A stretch of DNA of 64,000 bases from Terriglobia bacterium (GCA_965198225.1 CBDAOY010000007.1:800001-864000); one strand, 5' to 3'. Shown: positions 18,430-29,397, counted from the first letter of the stretch. The notes: generated from the letters alone by a model not told the origin. Translations and numbers: made by a program.

Positions 18430-20535
18430 CTACTTCCTCTCCCTCTGCGACGTACTCACTCCCTCCTCTATCAGCCAGTGGACGAACCAGCTCCTCATTC
18501 TCTCCAGCCGGTCGACCAGCAACCAGGGCTCGCCCGAGCGGGACAGACCGTGCGACGAGCGTGGGTAGCGGACGAGTTCAGTCGGGACCCGGTTCTTCAT
18601 TAGAGACATGAACCATTGTTCTCCGTCACCTATCGGAGTCCGGTAGTCGTTCTCGCTGTGGATGATGAGCGTCGGAGCGGTCACATTCTCGACGTATGAG
18701 ATCGGAGAGAGCCGGCGGTACAGTTCTCTCTGTTCCCAGGGCGCGCCGAAGAACTCGTATTCGGTCAGTCCCTGCGCATCGGACGTGCCCCACCAACTCT
18801 CCCAGTTCGTGATCGATCGGCTCGTCACCGCGGCCGCGAACCGGTCCGTTGTCGCCGTCAACCAGTTGGTCATGTACCCGCCGTAGCTTCCTCCGGCAAC
18901 TCCGACACGGTCCGCATCGATTTCCGCGTACCTCGCGACCGCAGCATCCACGCCGCCCAGGTAATCCTCCTGGTCCATCTCACCCCACTGCCCACGCGTG
19001 GCGTAGGTGAACTCATGACCGTAGCCGGAGGATCCTCTCGGGTTCGGGTAGAGAACGAAGAAGCCGGCGTTCGACAGGACGTGGAAGGTACGGAACCAGT
19101 AATTGCCGTAGGAACCGTGAGGCCCGCCATGGATCTTCAGGATCAGCGGGTATTTCTGACCCGGTGAATAACCGACAGGCTTGATCAGCCAGCCTTCGAT
19201 CTCGGTGCCGTCCTCGACCGTCCAGGACAGGCGTTCTGCGGGCATGAGATCGACCTCCTGGAGCCATTCCTCATTGAACGAGGTCAGACGCTGCTCACCG
19301 CTGCCGTCCGTCCGGCTCACATAGAGATCGCTCGGCGTCAACGGGTCGGTCAGCGCGTAAGCCATCACGGACCCGTCCTCGGCCGCGGAAATGGATCGCA
19401 GCGTCCGGTCGCCGCTCGTGATCTGGCGTACCTGGCCCTGGAGGCTCGCCTCGAACAGGTGGGTGTTCCCGCTGGTCCCGGCCGTAAAGCGGATGGCGTT
19501 CCCGTCCCTCGTCCATCGGAGAGCGCCCGGTGCCAGGCTCCAGTCGGCGGTCAGGTTCGTTCGACCGCCCGCGAAGCTGCCGTCTGCAGCGATGTCGACG
19601 AGCATCACGTCGGTCTCGGCACCGCGCTCCGAGGTGTAGAGGAATGCCAGTTGCGTTCCGTCGGGAGACACCGCGGCAGAACGCTCCGAACCCGGGTTGG
19701 TCGTGAGGCGCCGGACGTCGCCACCGGACGCCGACACGGCGTAGATGTCCTGCGTCTGGTCCCTGTTGTACTCGTTGTTCTGCTCCTCATTGCCGGTGAA
19801 CAACAAGGTTTGACCCTCGGCGGTCCATGTGACGCCGCCGACGTCGAAAGCCATTTCTGTCAGCTGCCGCGCTTCACCCCCTTGGGCGTTCACGACAAAC
19901 AGCTGTGCCTTGTCGCGGACCGAGTAGTGTGGACGCAGGCTCAGGATTCCATCGCTCTTGTAGCGCATGCTCGTGACGACACGACCGTCGAATCGCACCG
20001 GGTCGAGAGTGCGCGTGATGGCGTCAGGCGCGATCCAGCCCTCTCCTTCCTCGCCGTCATCTTCCTCGTCCCCACCGTCAGGGCGCCGTGTGAACGCGAT
20101 GCGCTGACCGTCCGGTGACCAGGTCGGTGAGCCGATCACACCCTCGATGTGGAAAGCTTCTCCCCCACCGGCCTCCATCCGCAGGAACCATACGTCGTTG
20201 GAATCTTCACCACGGCGGGATTCGAAAGCCAGGAGGGACCCATCCGGCGACCACCTGGGAGAGGAGGCCTCTTCGGTCGGGCTGGTCAGTCGAAAACTGC
20301 CACCGTCCGGCACGCCGTTTGCGAGCCGCTGAAGCCATATCTCTCGATGCCGTTTGTTCTTGTACTCCATGACCGTCATGACGGTAAAGGCGACGAGATC
20401 ACCGGCCGGGGAAACCGCGGTGTCCTGGATCGTGAGCTCCTTGTAGAAGTCTTCGGGGATCAACCCGCGCTTCTGCGCCAGGACGAATCCGGCAGTCAGA
20501 AGAATGGTGACGGACACTGTTACGAAACGACGCAT
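18430..20535 (-). CDS. Exported S9 family peptidase (acylaminoacyl/dipeptidyl peptidase)
   Basis: Signal peptide, WSPDG propeller repeats, IHGGPH, NPRGSSGYG, GGSYGG, HSENDYRTP, SHGL. Confidence 0.92.
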   Translation of the reverse strand: MRRFVTVSVTILLTAGFVLAQKRGLIPEDFYKELTIQDTAVSPAGDLVAFTVMTVMEYKNKRHREIWLQRLANGVPDGGSFRLTSPTEEASSPRWSPDGSLLAFESRRGEDSNDVWFLRMEAGGGEAFHIEGVIGSPTWSPDGQRIAFTRRPDGGDEEDDGEEGEGWIAPDAITRTLDPVRFDGRVVTSMRYKSDGILSLRPHYSVRDKAQLFVVNAQGGEARQLTEMAFDVGGVTWTAEGQTLLFTGNEEQNNEYNRDQTQDIYAVSASGGDVRRLTTNPGSERSAAVSPDGTQLAFLYTSERGAETDVMLVDIAADGSFAGGRTNLTADWSLAPGALRWTRDGNAIRFTAGTSGNTHLFEASLQGQVRQITSGDRTLRSISAAEDGSVMAYALTDPLTPSDLYVSRTDGSGEQRLTSFNEEWLQEVDLMPAERLSWTVEDGTEIEGWLIKPVGYSPGQKYPLILKIHGGPHGSYGNYWFRTFHVLSNAGFFVLYPNPRGSSGYGHEFTYATRGQWGEMDQEDYLGGVDAAVARYAEIDADRVGVAGGSYGGYMTNWLTATTDRFAAAVTSRSITNWESWWGTSDAQGLTEYEFFGAPWEQRELYRRLSPISYVENVTAPTLIIHSENDYRTPIGDGEQWFMSLMKNRVPTELVRYPRSSHGLSRSGEPWLLVDRLERMRSWFVHWLIEEGVSTSQRERK

Positions 20536-20762
20536 GATATGCCTCCGCACGATTCCTGCCACGGGGTGCTCGGCCCGAGACATTGTCGGTTTTTTCCAGT
20601 TCGGAATGCCGCCATACTAAACTGTGGAACTCGACGGTGCCAGCGGTTTCAGCAGTGGTCAATCTCCGCCATTTGTTTGCTTCGACACTCCGGTTGGCGA
20701 TGGAGTAGTGTTTCTGGTGATTTCGTCCGCCTCCCGCCGGGAGCGGGCAGAATGTTGGAGGA

Positions 20763-21140
20763 ATGATGAAAATAATCGCGAGGGCTTCTTTCGTTCTGGT
20801 CGCACTGGTTCTTCTGGCCTGGCAAGCGGCGGCCCAAAATCCCAATATCGCGGGAGAATGGTCGATGGTGGTCGAATCCGAACAGGGACCGATGGAGGCT
20901 GCCCTTACGTTGTCCTTCGACCGTCAGGGTTACCTCTCTGGCAAGATCGACGGTCCGCAGGGCGAGACGGCGATTACCGGGGAGACCGCCGGCGAGGAGA
21001 TTTACTTCGGATTCACGTTCAGCGGCAACGGACAGGAAATTGCGATCAGCTTCGAGGGGTACTGGACCGAGTCCGAGATGGAAGGAGTCGTGTACTTCGG
21101 CGAGTTCGGTTCCGGGGACTGGTACGCGACCAGAGAGTGA
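20763..21140 (+). CDS. Small exported hypothetical beta-rich protein
   Basis: GGAGGA RBS, signal peptide ending AAA-Q, IAGEW motif. Confidence 0.7.
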   Translation: MMKIIARASFVLVALVLLAWQAAAQNPNIAGEWSMVVESEQGPMEAALTLSFDRQGYLSGKIDGPQGETAITGETAGEEIYFGFTFSGNGQEIAISFEGYWTESEMEGVVYFGEFGSGDWYATRE

Positions 21141-21189
21141 AATGAATCCGCGCGGCGCGGATTCGTCCGCGCCCGGGCGGACGCCCGCC

Positions 21190-22161
21190 ATGTCTCCTCC
21201 GAGGGCCTACCAAACTATCGACGCGCACGCTGCCGGTGAACCCCTGCGGATCATCGTCTCCGGGGTGCCGCCCATTCCGGGTGCGACGATGCTCGAGAAG
21301 CGAGCCTACATCCGGGAAAACCTCGATTTCATCCGAACCTCTTTGATGCTCGAGCCCCGGGGCCATGCCGACATGTACGGCTGCGTCCTGACCCCACCGG
21401 TGTCTGAGAGCGGCGATCTCGGCGTGCTGTTTATGCACAACGAGGGCTACAGCACGATGTGCGGGCACGGCGTGATCGCTCTGACGACCGTGGCCGTCGA
21501 GAACGGGCTCGTTGCCGAATCGTCCGTGATCGCGCTCGACACTCCGGCCGGAACGGTGCATGCCAGGCCCACGATAGAAGGGACGCGCGTGGTTGGGGTA
21601 AGTTTCGAGAACGTTCCCTCATTTGTGCTCGAGAACGATGTGGCGGTCCTCGGGATGTCGGTCGATGTCGCGTTCGGCGGAGCCTTCTACGCGATTGCCG
21701 ATTCGCCGTTGCCGATCGACGGCTCCCACCTGCCCGAACTTCGGGAATTGGGGATGAAGTTGAAAAGGGCTGTCGAGGAAGATCGGGAGATCGTTCACCC
21801 GCTCGAGCCCGGCCTTCGGGGTATCTACGGCACGATTTTTTGCGGACCGCCGCGGAGGGAGGGAGCGACCGCCCGGAACGTCACCGTGTTCGCGGACGCC
21901 GAGGTCGATCGGTCGCCGTGCGGCACCGGTACCTGCGCCGTCATGGCGATGCGGGTTCAGAAAGGGTTGCTTGGCGACGAACACACTTTCCGGCACGAAA
22001 GCATCATCGGTACAGTGTTCGACGGGCGGGTCATCCGCAGAGCACGCGTAGGGGGCATCGAAGCCGTCATTCCCGAGATCAGCGGCAGTGCCTACATCAC
22101 CGGCTACAGCACGTTCGTTGTCGACGAAGCTGACCCCCTCGGCCGAGGCTTCCGGCTATAG
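21190..22161 (+). CDS. Proline racemase/hydroxyproline epimerase family
   Basis: DAHAAGEP, EPRGH, HNEGYSTMCGH, DRSPCGTG (Cys/Cys pair). Confidence 0.9.
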   Translation: MSPPRAYQTIDAHAAGEPLRIIVSGVPPIPGATMLEKRAYIRENLDFIRTSLMLEPRGHADMYGCVLTPPVSESGDLGVLFMHNEGYSTMCGHGVIALTTVAVENGLVAESSVIALDTPAGTVHARPTIEGTRVVGVSFENVPSFVLENDVAVLGMSVDVAFGGAFYAIADSPLPIDGSHLPELRELGMKLKRAVEEDREIVHPLEPGLRGIYGTIFCGPPRREGATARNVTVFADAEVDRSPCGTGTCAVMAMRVQKGLLGDEHTFRHESIIGTVFDGRVIRRARVGGIEAVIPEISGSAYITGYSTFVVDEADPLGRGFRL

Positions 22162-22171
22162 CTGCTTGGTC

Positions 22172-22504
22172 CTAGCCCACCTTCGCAGTGGCCAGGTGTA
22201 TCTTCCTGATCTGGCGCTTGAGTCCGTGAATCTGGCGGCGGACGGCCTTCAAGCCCTTGTGATCGTGTGCCTCGATCAGCTTGTTGCGCTCGACTTTGAG
22301 TTCTCGAATCTTGAGTTTGAGATCGCCCTTGTCGTGAACTTCGTCACCGGACATCTCTTCATGGGGCTTCTCGATACCAAGTGCGCCGGCGAGTTCTTCG
22401 ACGAGCTTTCCCTTGTTCCAGCCGGTGACCCCTTTCATGCCCTGCTCGTGCGCCATCTCCCGCAACTTGACGACAGTCGTCTTCTCCAGATCATGCCATT
22501 TCAT
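22172..22504 (-). CDS. Small basic protein with Rho-N-like (HeH) domain plus coiled coil
   Basis: LEKTTVVKLREMA...G..G..GWNKGKLV pattern; Lys/Arg-rich helical tail. Confidence 0.65.
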   Translation of the reverse strand: MKWHDLEKTTVVKLREMAHEQGMKGVTGWNKGKLVEELAGALGIEKPHEEMSGDEVHDKGDLKLKIRELKVERNKLIEAHDHKGLKAVRRQIHGLKRQIRKIHLATAKVG

Positions 22505-22521
22505 TTCCGATTACCCTTCGC

Positions 22522-22653
22522 TAGAAAAGGGACAGACACCGTGTCCCAAAAAAAGGGACAGGGACTGTGTCCCCAATTTAAGGACCAATATATCAGAGAC
22601 ATAGAAAAGGGGACACCGGTGTGTATCCGACAGCGGGGACATTCTGATTCCCC
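22522..22653. repeat. Cluster of 3-4 GGGACA...TGTCCC short hairpin repeats
   Basis: Copies at ~22522, 22551, 22602 and 22635; related hairpin at 40517-40542. Confidence 0.6.
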
Positions 22654-22767
22654 GGTAAGGGTTCGTCTAGGATTTGAGTCCACCTTAAACGGCTGATCCA
22701 CGTCTCAAATCTATATGGAGTAAAGATTTATACGGGCTGTCAAAATTGGACGATAGGCGTCGCAACC

Positions 22768-24753
22768 ATGATTGGAAAGCTTGTCGGGCATTATCAGATC
22801 GAGAGTGAGATCGGCGCGGGCGGTATGGGGGTCCTGTACAAGGCCGAGGACACGAGACTCAATCGCCCGGTTGCTCTCAAGTTCCTGCCGCCGAAATATG
22901 CCGAGGACCGCCAGGCGCTGGAGCGTTTCCGCCGCGAGGGCCGCGCGGCCTCGGCGCTGAATCACCCCAACATCTGCACGATCTACGGGATCGACGAGCA
23001 CGAGGGACAACCCTTCATCGTTATGGAGTATCTCGAGGGGCAGACGGTGAAGGAACGAATTGTCGCCGGTGGCTTCGAGGTCGAAGAACTGATCGAGGTC
23101 GGCATCCAGATCGGCGACGCGCTCGATGCGGCCCATGCTCGGGGAATTATCCACAGGGACATAAAGCCGGCCAATATATTCATCACAGAACGGGGGCAGG
23201 CGAAAGCTCTTGATTTCGGTCTGGCCAAACTTGTGGACGACGACGCTTCGATGGGGTCGCAGACCCGCGATTCCGCCACCGAGGATGGGAACCTGACCAA
23301 CCCCGGTGCCGCGGTCGGTACTGTCGCCTACATGTCGCCTGAGCAGGCTCGGGGAGAAAAGGTCGACTCTCGAACCGACCTCTTTGCCATGGGTGTCGTC
23401 CTGTACGAGATGGCGACCGGCCGGCAGGCATTCAGGGGCAGCAGCACGGCCGTCCTGTACGACGCGATTCTAAACAGGGACCCCACACCGATCACCGACC
23501 ACGATCCCGACCTCCCGGCCGAGTTGGACCAGATCGTTCAGAAGTCGCTCGAGAAAGACCGCCGCCTCCGGTACCAGCATGCGTCGGAACTACGCACCGA
23601 CCTGACGAGGCTCAAGAGAACCTCCGATTCGGGACGGCTGGCCGCCGCCGCACCCCGACGGGATGGGTCGGAGCGGACTGGAAACGTCTGGCTGGCACTT
23701 GCCGGTCTCGTGGGTCTCGTCGGCCTGGCGGTCGCGTTCATCGTGGTGACGGGAGGCGACCCGCCGCCCGCTCCGGTCTCGGAAGGATCGCTGGCGGTAA
23801 TGTACTTCGAGAATCTCGCCGACGCGGACGATTCCGAAGGCCTGGGCCGGATGATGACGAGTCTGCTGACGACCGAGCTGTCCCGTTCGGGCGACATGGA
23901 CGTCGTCAGCCGACAGCGGTTGAATGATCTTGCGCGGGAGCTTGGGCACGAAACCGGACCCGTCGACAGCACCGTGGCCACCGAAGTCGCCCGGATGGCT
24001 GGGGTGGGAACCATGGTTCTCGGCCAGGTCGCCCAGGCGGGGGAACGGATCGTCGTTTCCGCCGACCTGGTGGATGTGGAGACCGGACGCCTGATTGCGT
24101 CGCCGCGCGCGGAGGGAATGAGTGTCGATGATGTGTTCAGCATGGCCGAGGACCTCGGGATGGAAGTCCGCCGGGAGATGCAGACCTCGACGGATGTCGG
24201 AGGAACCATCAACGGGGAACTGGACGCGTCGTTGACGGCTTCGGTCGGAGCCTATCGTGCGTACGCGGAAGGCGACGCCTTGTTCCAGGAGGGAAATTTC
24301 GAAGACGCCGCGGATCGATTTCGGGAGGCTGCCGAACTGGATGACCGGTTCGCGATGGCGTATTACCGGATGAGCGTTGCCTGTTTTGCCGCCGGGGATG
24401 AGGTGGGTGCCAGAGAGGCTTCCGAGGATGCCCTGAATCGGATCGAGCTCCTTCCGGACGGGCTGAGAGACGTGGTCCGCGCGAACTCCCTGATCATGGA
24501 GGGGGATTGGACCGGCGCGATCTCTCACGTGTCTACCGCTCTCGAGAAGGACAGTCAAGACAGGGAGGCCCTGTGGATGCTGGGCGCCTTGTATCTGTAT
24601 TCCTCGCCCGGAGACGATCCGGAACAGACTGCGGAACTGCTTGAACAGGTCGAGCGTCTGGACCCGAACTTCGACATCGTATACTCGCCACTGTCGTGGG
24701 CCTACGCCTATCAGGGTCTGCAGTCGATGACGATGGAGGAGATGGGCCCGTGA
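22768..24753 (+). CDS. Hanks-type Ser/Thr protein kinase with TM segment, TolB-N-like domain and TPRs
   Basis: GAGGMG, VALK, HRDIKPAN, DFGLAK, YMSPEQ; SLAVMYFEN; TPR-like helices. Confidence 0.93.
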   Translation: MIGKLVGHYQIESEIGAGGMGVLYKAEDTRLNRPVALKFLPPKYAEDRQALERFRREGRAASALNHPNICTIYGIDEHEGQPFIVMEYLEGQTVKERIVAGGFEVEELIEVGIQIGDALDAAHARGIIHRDIKPANIFITERGQAKALDFGLAKLVDDDASMGSQTRDSATEDGNLTNPGAAVGTVAYMSPEQARGEKVDSRTDLFAMGVVLYEMATGRQAFRGSSTAVLYDAILNRDPTPITDHDPDLPAELDQIVQKSLEKDRRLRYQHASELRTDLTRLKRTSDSGRLAAAAPRRDGSERTGNVWLALAGLVGLVGLAVAFIVVTGGDPPPAPVSEGSLAVMYFENLADADDSEGLGRMMTSLLTTELSRSGDMDVVSRQRLNDLARELGHETGPVDSTVATEVARMAGVGTMVLGQVAQAGERIVVSADLVDVETGRLIASPRAEGMSVDDVFSMAEDLGMEVRREMQTSTDVGGTINGELDASLTASVGAYRAYAEGDALFQEGNFEDAADRFREAAELDDRFAMAYYRMSVACFAAGDEVGAREASEDALNRIELLPDGLRDVVRANSLIMEGDWTGAISHVSTALEKDSQDREALWMLGALYLYSSPGDDPEQTAELLEQVERLDPNFDIVYSPLSWAYAYQGLQSMTMEEMGP

Positions 24754-24779
24754 GTCAGCCCGGGTAGGAGAAAACGCTG

Positions 24780-25595
24780 ATGAACAGAACGATTCAGTCC
24801 GTTTTCGTTTGCGTTGGACTCATGATCGGTGCGCCGGCTGCTTGGGCGCAGGATGATGAACCCATCAGCCTGACGGTGGAGTTCAGCGATCCCGGCATGG
24901 CCGGATTGCTGCGTATGAACCTCATACACGCGACGGTTCATGTGAGTGGCTATGACGGCGACGTCGTGCAGGTCGAGGCGAGCGGGGGTACGAGCGTGGA
25001 GCCCCCGGCACCCCCCATGCCCCCGCGTCGCGGAAGGGGACCCCGGCCGCCTCGGCGCCGCCTACCGGAAACGTTGACGGCGAGGGAGAGGAACAACGTC
25101 ATCACGGTCCGGTCCAGCATGGTGGGTCTGAGGGTCGAAATTCGGGTTCCAAGGCGGACTTCCCTGAACCTGAACGGCGCAGTCGGGGACATCGTCATTG
25201 AGGACGTCGCCGGTCGGCGTGTCACCGTCAACACCCAGGCCGGCAGCGTGGAATTGCGAGATGTAACGGGCTCCGCGTCCGTGCGTACGCTCGCCGGAGA
25301 CCTGAGCGTCTCGTTTCCGTCGGGACAGGTGGGAGAAATGGAGTGTGTCACGCTCAACGGGACGATCGACGTTTCGATTCCCGGTGACGTGAATGCCACG
25401 CTCCGGCTGGAGAACCAGTTCGGTTCGGTGGAGAGTGAGTTTGAGATGGACGAGATGACCGCGCGTCGTTCCCCGCGGCGCAGGGACATGCCGTACAAGA
25501 AGGTCTGGTTGAGCAACGTCAATGAGGGCGGTCCGACGCTGCTCTTCCGCAACACCGTCGGCAACATCGTCGTCCGCCGGTCCGGAGGACGTTGA
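24780..25595 (+). CDS. Exported DUF4097/adhesin-like beta-repeat protein
   Basis: Signal peptide; IRVPRR, repeated T..G.I/V beta-strand units. Confidence 0.75.
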   Translation: MNRTIQSVFVCVGLMIGAPAAWAQDDEPISLTVEFSDPGMAGLLRMNLIHATVHVSGYDGDVVQVEASGGTSVEPPAPPMPPRRGRGPRPPRRRLPETLTARERNNVITVRSSMVGLRVEIRVPRRTSLNLNGAVGDIVIEDVAGRRVTVNTQAGSVELRDVTGSASVRTLAGDLSVSFPSGQVGEMECVTLNGTIDVSIPGDVNATLRLENQFGSVESEFEMDEMTARRSPRRRDMPYKKVWLSNVNEGGPTLLFRNTVGNIVVRRSGGR

Positions 25596-25636
25596 GCCAA
25601 ATCGAGGCCGACTCGCCCTGAATCGACGCGAACAAC

Positions 25637-25662
25637 AGCCCGCTTACGGCGGGCTTCTTTTT
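25637..25662 (+). terminator. Rho-independent terminator
   Basis: AGCCCGC-TTACG-GCGGGCT followed by TCTTTTT, just after the DUF4097 gene. Confidence 0.7.
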
Positions 25663-25676
25663 AATGTCCACAACCT

Positions 25677-25976
25677 ATGCCGGGACCACTCGATAACGTC
25701 ACTGTCGCGATCACTGGGCATCGGCGCGAGCGCGAACTCACGACGCTGATCGAGCGTTACGGCGCCTGTGTCGTGTCTTGTCCGTTGCTCGAAGAGGTTC
25801 CGGTCAAAGACCGTTCCGAACTCCAGGGCTTCGTCCGGTCTCTCGTCGGCGGAGAGTTCGACATGATGGTGTTCTTTACCGGAGTCGGCGTCCGCTTCAT
25901 CGCCGCCGACAAGGACATGCTGAATCTGGCTGCCCATCTGCCAGAGCAAAAGACCGAACGGGAGGCGGAGAGTTGA
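25677..25976 (+). pseudogene. hemD: Truncated uroporphyrinogen-III synthase (HemD-like) remnant
   Basis: PLDNVTVAITGHRR.ELTTLIERYGA..VSCP and FDMMVFFTGVGVR, then ends at 99 aa. Confidence 0.65.
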
Positions 25977-27139
25977 GCTCTAAGCCCTCCGGGCTGGTCG
26001 ACATCCACCGGATCATCGGGAGTTACGAAGGGACAGGCCGCGGGCCACTCGTAGTCTTAATCGGCGGTCTCCACGGCAACGAGCCTTCCGGAGTGCATGC
26101 CTGCCGCCGAGTGCTTGCGTCGATCGAGTCTCGGCAGCACGATTTCAGGGGGCAGTTTCTGGCTCTCGCCGGCAACATCCGGGCGCTCGAGCGCGGTTGT
26201 CGCTATGTCGACGAGGATCTGAACAGGATCTGGCTCGACGATCGGATCGCGAAGAACAGGAACGAAGGTGCGCCCACGAGCAGCGAGGACGCCGAGCATC
26301 GCGCGCTGCTCGTGCAGCTGGATCGGGCCCTGTCGGGCGCCAACGGCGCAGTCTATGTTCTGGATCTGCACACCACCTCCGCACCCGGCACTCCCTTTTC
26401 GGTCCTGGGAGACACGCTGCACAACCGTCGCCTGGCCTGGAACCTGCCCGGTCCGATCGTACTGGGGCTCGAAGAGCATCTCGACGGCACGCTGCTGAAC
26501 TACATCAACAAGCTCGGCCACACCGCCGTCGGTTTTGAGGGTGGGCAGCACGCCGCGACTTCTTCGATCGCTGCCCACGAGCTCGCCGTGTGGCAGACGC
26601 TGATCCATGCCGGCTGTGTCGAATCTTCCGATTGCCCGGATGTGGACCGCCTGAAACGGGTCGTCATGTCGCGGGTGAAGGGGGTTCCACGGGCGGTCGA
26701 GATCCGGCACCGGCACCACGTCGATCCGGATCGTACGTTCGTCATGGCACCGGGATTCGAGAACCTGGGGCCGGTCCGGAAGGGGCAGTTACTCGGTCGG
26801 GACCGTCAGGGGGACATACGGGCCCTCGAAGCAGGACGGGTACTGATGCCGCTCTACCAGAGCCAGGGCCGGGACGGGTTCTTTATCGTCCGAGAGGTTC
26901 GACCGTTCTGGTTGGGTGTCGCCGCGGCCATGAGACGTCTACACCTCTATCGAGTCCTGCCGTTCCTGCCGGGAGTCGGTCGGCATCCGACGCTCGAAGA
27001 CACGCTCATCGTCGACTTGCGGATCGCCCGGTGGTTCGTGATCCAGATCTTCCACCTGCTGGGATACCGCAAAGAGCGATCCGAAGCCGGCAAACTGGTT
27101 CTCAGTCGCCGCCGCGAGCGGCTGGCCACCATCCTCTAG
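25973..27139 (+). CDS. Succinylglutamate desuccinylase/aspartoacylase family (M14-like)
   Basis: GGLHGNE, RYVDEDLNR, LDLHTTS, GFEGGQH; TTG start after GGAG. Confidence 0.85.
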   Translation: MSSKPSGLVDIHRIIGSYEGTGRGPLVVLIGGLHGNEPSGVHACRRVLASIESRQHDFRGQFLALAGNIRALERGCRYVDEDLNRIWLDDRIAKNRNEGAPTSSEDAEHRALLVQLDRALSGANGAVYVLDLHTTSAPGTPFSVLGDTLHNRRLAWNLPGPIVLGLEEHLDGTLLNYINKLGHTAVGFEGGQHAATSSIAAHELAVWQTLIHAGCVESSDCPDVDRLKRVVMSRVKGVPRAVEIRHRHHVDPDRTFVMAPGFENLGPVRKGQLLGRDRQGDIRALEAGRVLMPLYQSQGRDGFFIVREVRPFWLGVAAAMRRLHLYRVLPFLPGVGRHPTLEDTLIVDLRIARWFVIQIFHLLGYRKERSEAGKLVLSRRRERLATIL

Positions 27140-27404
27140 TGACCTGTAACAGTGCTATCGGTACCAGCGTTCGGCGGAACGGCGTCGGATTCTAGGAGTG
27201 ACGCCCGAGCCAATACTGTTTCATTGCGAGGGCGTTACGACACCGAAGACGGCGCCGTTCCGCCGAACCCTTCGGGCCGATGCCGGGCGATCTCTTTGTC
27301 GGAAGCCGTCAGCGATGAAAGAGCATCGCTTTCCGTCTCCCTCCTCGACCTCGCCCGCAAGACCCATCGGCGATGGTGCCGATAGCACTGTTACAGGCCA
27401 CTAG
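27136..27404. mobile_element. MITE-like element 1 (269 bp including CTAG ends)
   Basis: 31-bp inverted termini CTAGTGACCTGTAACAGTGCTATCGGTACCA / TGGTGCCGATAGCACTGTTACAGGCCACTAG with 2 mismatches; left CTAG includes the upstream stop codon. Confidence 0.8.
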
Positions 27405-27411
27405 ACTTCGC

Positions 27412-29335
27412 TCAGGTAATCTGTGGCCACATCTGCAGACCGACGGGGAGAATCACCGTGAACGTGCTCCCGAGGCCGACCTCGCTCGAAACCGATATCT
27501 CCCCGCTGTGTTTCTGGATGATGTTGTAGCAGGCGACCAGTCCCAGGCTTGCCTTCACCCGGGAACCGGTTCGCGTGAAAGTCGGGTCGAAGAGATGCTC
27601 GATGCGATCGGCATGTATGCCGACCCCCGTGTCGGAAAATTCCAGTTCGACCCTGCCGCCCGTCCTCCGCGTACGAATCGTGATTCGACCCGGTCCCTCG
27701 ATCGCCTGGATCGCGTTGGTGAGCAGGTTCATGAAGACCTGGTTGATTTCGCTCGGGTAACAGGAGATCCGAGGCAGTTGACCGAACTCCCGCATGACTT
27801 CGATGCGACCTTGAAGTCGGTTTTCGAGAAGGGTCAGGGTCGTCTCGACTCCTTCGTGCACGTCGACCTGTTCGAAGACCGCGCCATCCAGCCTCGCGAA
27901 GCTCTTCAAACTGCCGACAACCTTCTCGATCCGGGCGATCGCCAGGTCGGTGGCGCGGCAGTTGTCACTCAGAGCCTCCAGGGAAGCCTGCAGCACCTGG
28001 CTATCGCGGATTTCTTCGATGCAGGGCCTCGACGACATCCTCTGTGCACTTCGCGGCCAGGTCAGTCGCGCTCGTGATCACTCCCAGCGGAGTGTTCAGC
28101 TCGTGGACGACACCGGCCACAATCCCGCCCAGGGCGGCCGACTTCTCCGACTGTACCAGTTGTGATTGCGTGGCCCGGAGTTCGTCGAGCAGCTCCTGTA
28201 GTTGCTGGTTCTTCTCCTTGAGCTCGACATTCTTAAGGCGGGCGATTTCGGTTTCGTGCTCGGATTTCTCGACCGCAAAGGTGATCTGGAGGTTTTTGAC
28301 CCTCGCGACGGCCTCTTCACCCATGACCTCTTCCTTGACCCGGTGAAATTCCTGGTGGTGCTTCAGCGCTGTTGCCGGATCTCCCTTCAATTCGTAAGCT
28401 CGCGACAGGGCTTGATGACACTGGTAAATCCGCGGTTTCGTCTTCACCTCCTGCGCGATTCGAAGGGCATCGTGCAGCGTCTCCAACGCTTCGTCCAGCT
28501 TCCCTTCGACCGTGGACAGTGCTCCCAGGTTCAACAGGCTGGTGCTTTCCGCCTGGCGGCTCCCGAGTTCTCGTCGGATTCCTAGACTCTTCTGGTGAAA
28601 CTCCCGGGCCTGATCGTATTCCTCGACATGTTGGTAGATCGTGCCCAGGTCGTTGAGGGCTCGGGCCTCTCCGCTCCTGTTGCCGGTTTCTTCGAAGATC
28701 CCGAGGGACTGCTGATGATACTCGACGGCTTCCTCGTAGTCGCACAGGGTCTGGTAGACCGTTCCGATGCCGCTGAGTGAACGAGCCTCGCCGACCCGCT
28801 CGTGGAGTTCCAGGAAGATCTCCAGGCTTCGACGGTGGTACCTCAGAGCACGTTCGTAGTCGCCGAGTTCGTGGTAGCCGGTGGCGATGCCGTAGACCGT
28901 CCAGGCCTCATCGCGGCGGTTTCCGACGGCCTGGTGGATCTTGAGGGCATCGAACGCGTTGCCCAGCGCCTTGTCGTAATCCCCCATGCTGAGCTGCACC
29001 TGCGCCAGGGCCCCGAGATTCCGGGCGCGCCCGCCCTTGTCGCCGAGCTTGTCGAACATCGGGAGCGCCTCGTAGAGTCGACGGAGCGCGGCATCGTAGT
29101 TCGACACCATCGTGTGGGCGAACCCGAGGGATTGCTTGCTGTACGCCAGGCCCTTTTCGTACCCGAGATCCTCGGACAGCTCGTGAGCCTCTCGGCTGAT
29201 CTCCAGGGCCCGACGGGGCTCCGCGGTTGCGACCTCCCGTGCCAGCTGGTTCAGCAGGTCGACGCGGTCGGTGCTGGCTTCGCCCTCCGTACCCAGCGAT
29301 TGAATCTGCAGCTCGATTTCCTCGATCTTGCTCAT
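27412..29335 (-). CDS. TPR-repeat sensor histidine kinase; frameshift near 28021 (ORFs 28001-29335 and 27412-28038)
   Basis: Tandem TPRs, QLVQSEK...GVVHELNTPLG H-box; downstream NQVFMNLLTNAIQA, DTGVG, LGL, GSTF. Confidence 0.8.
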
Positions 29336-29397
29336 GTTCGTACCGTTCGGAGTTCCTTTCAGCAATTATGTCACAATGATGTGGACGCGGCGGACCT

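Noticed and set aside
27198-27404. Small ORFs inside the MITEs (also 29328-29683)
   Set aside because: No transposase motifs or RBS; they are incidental frames.
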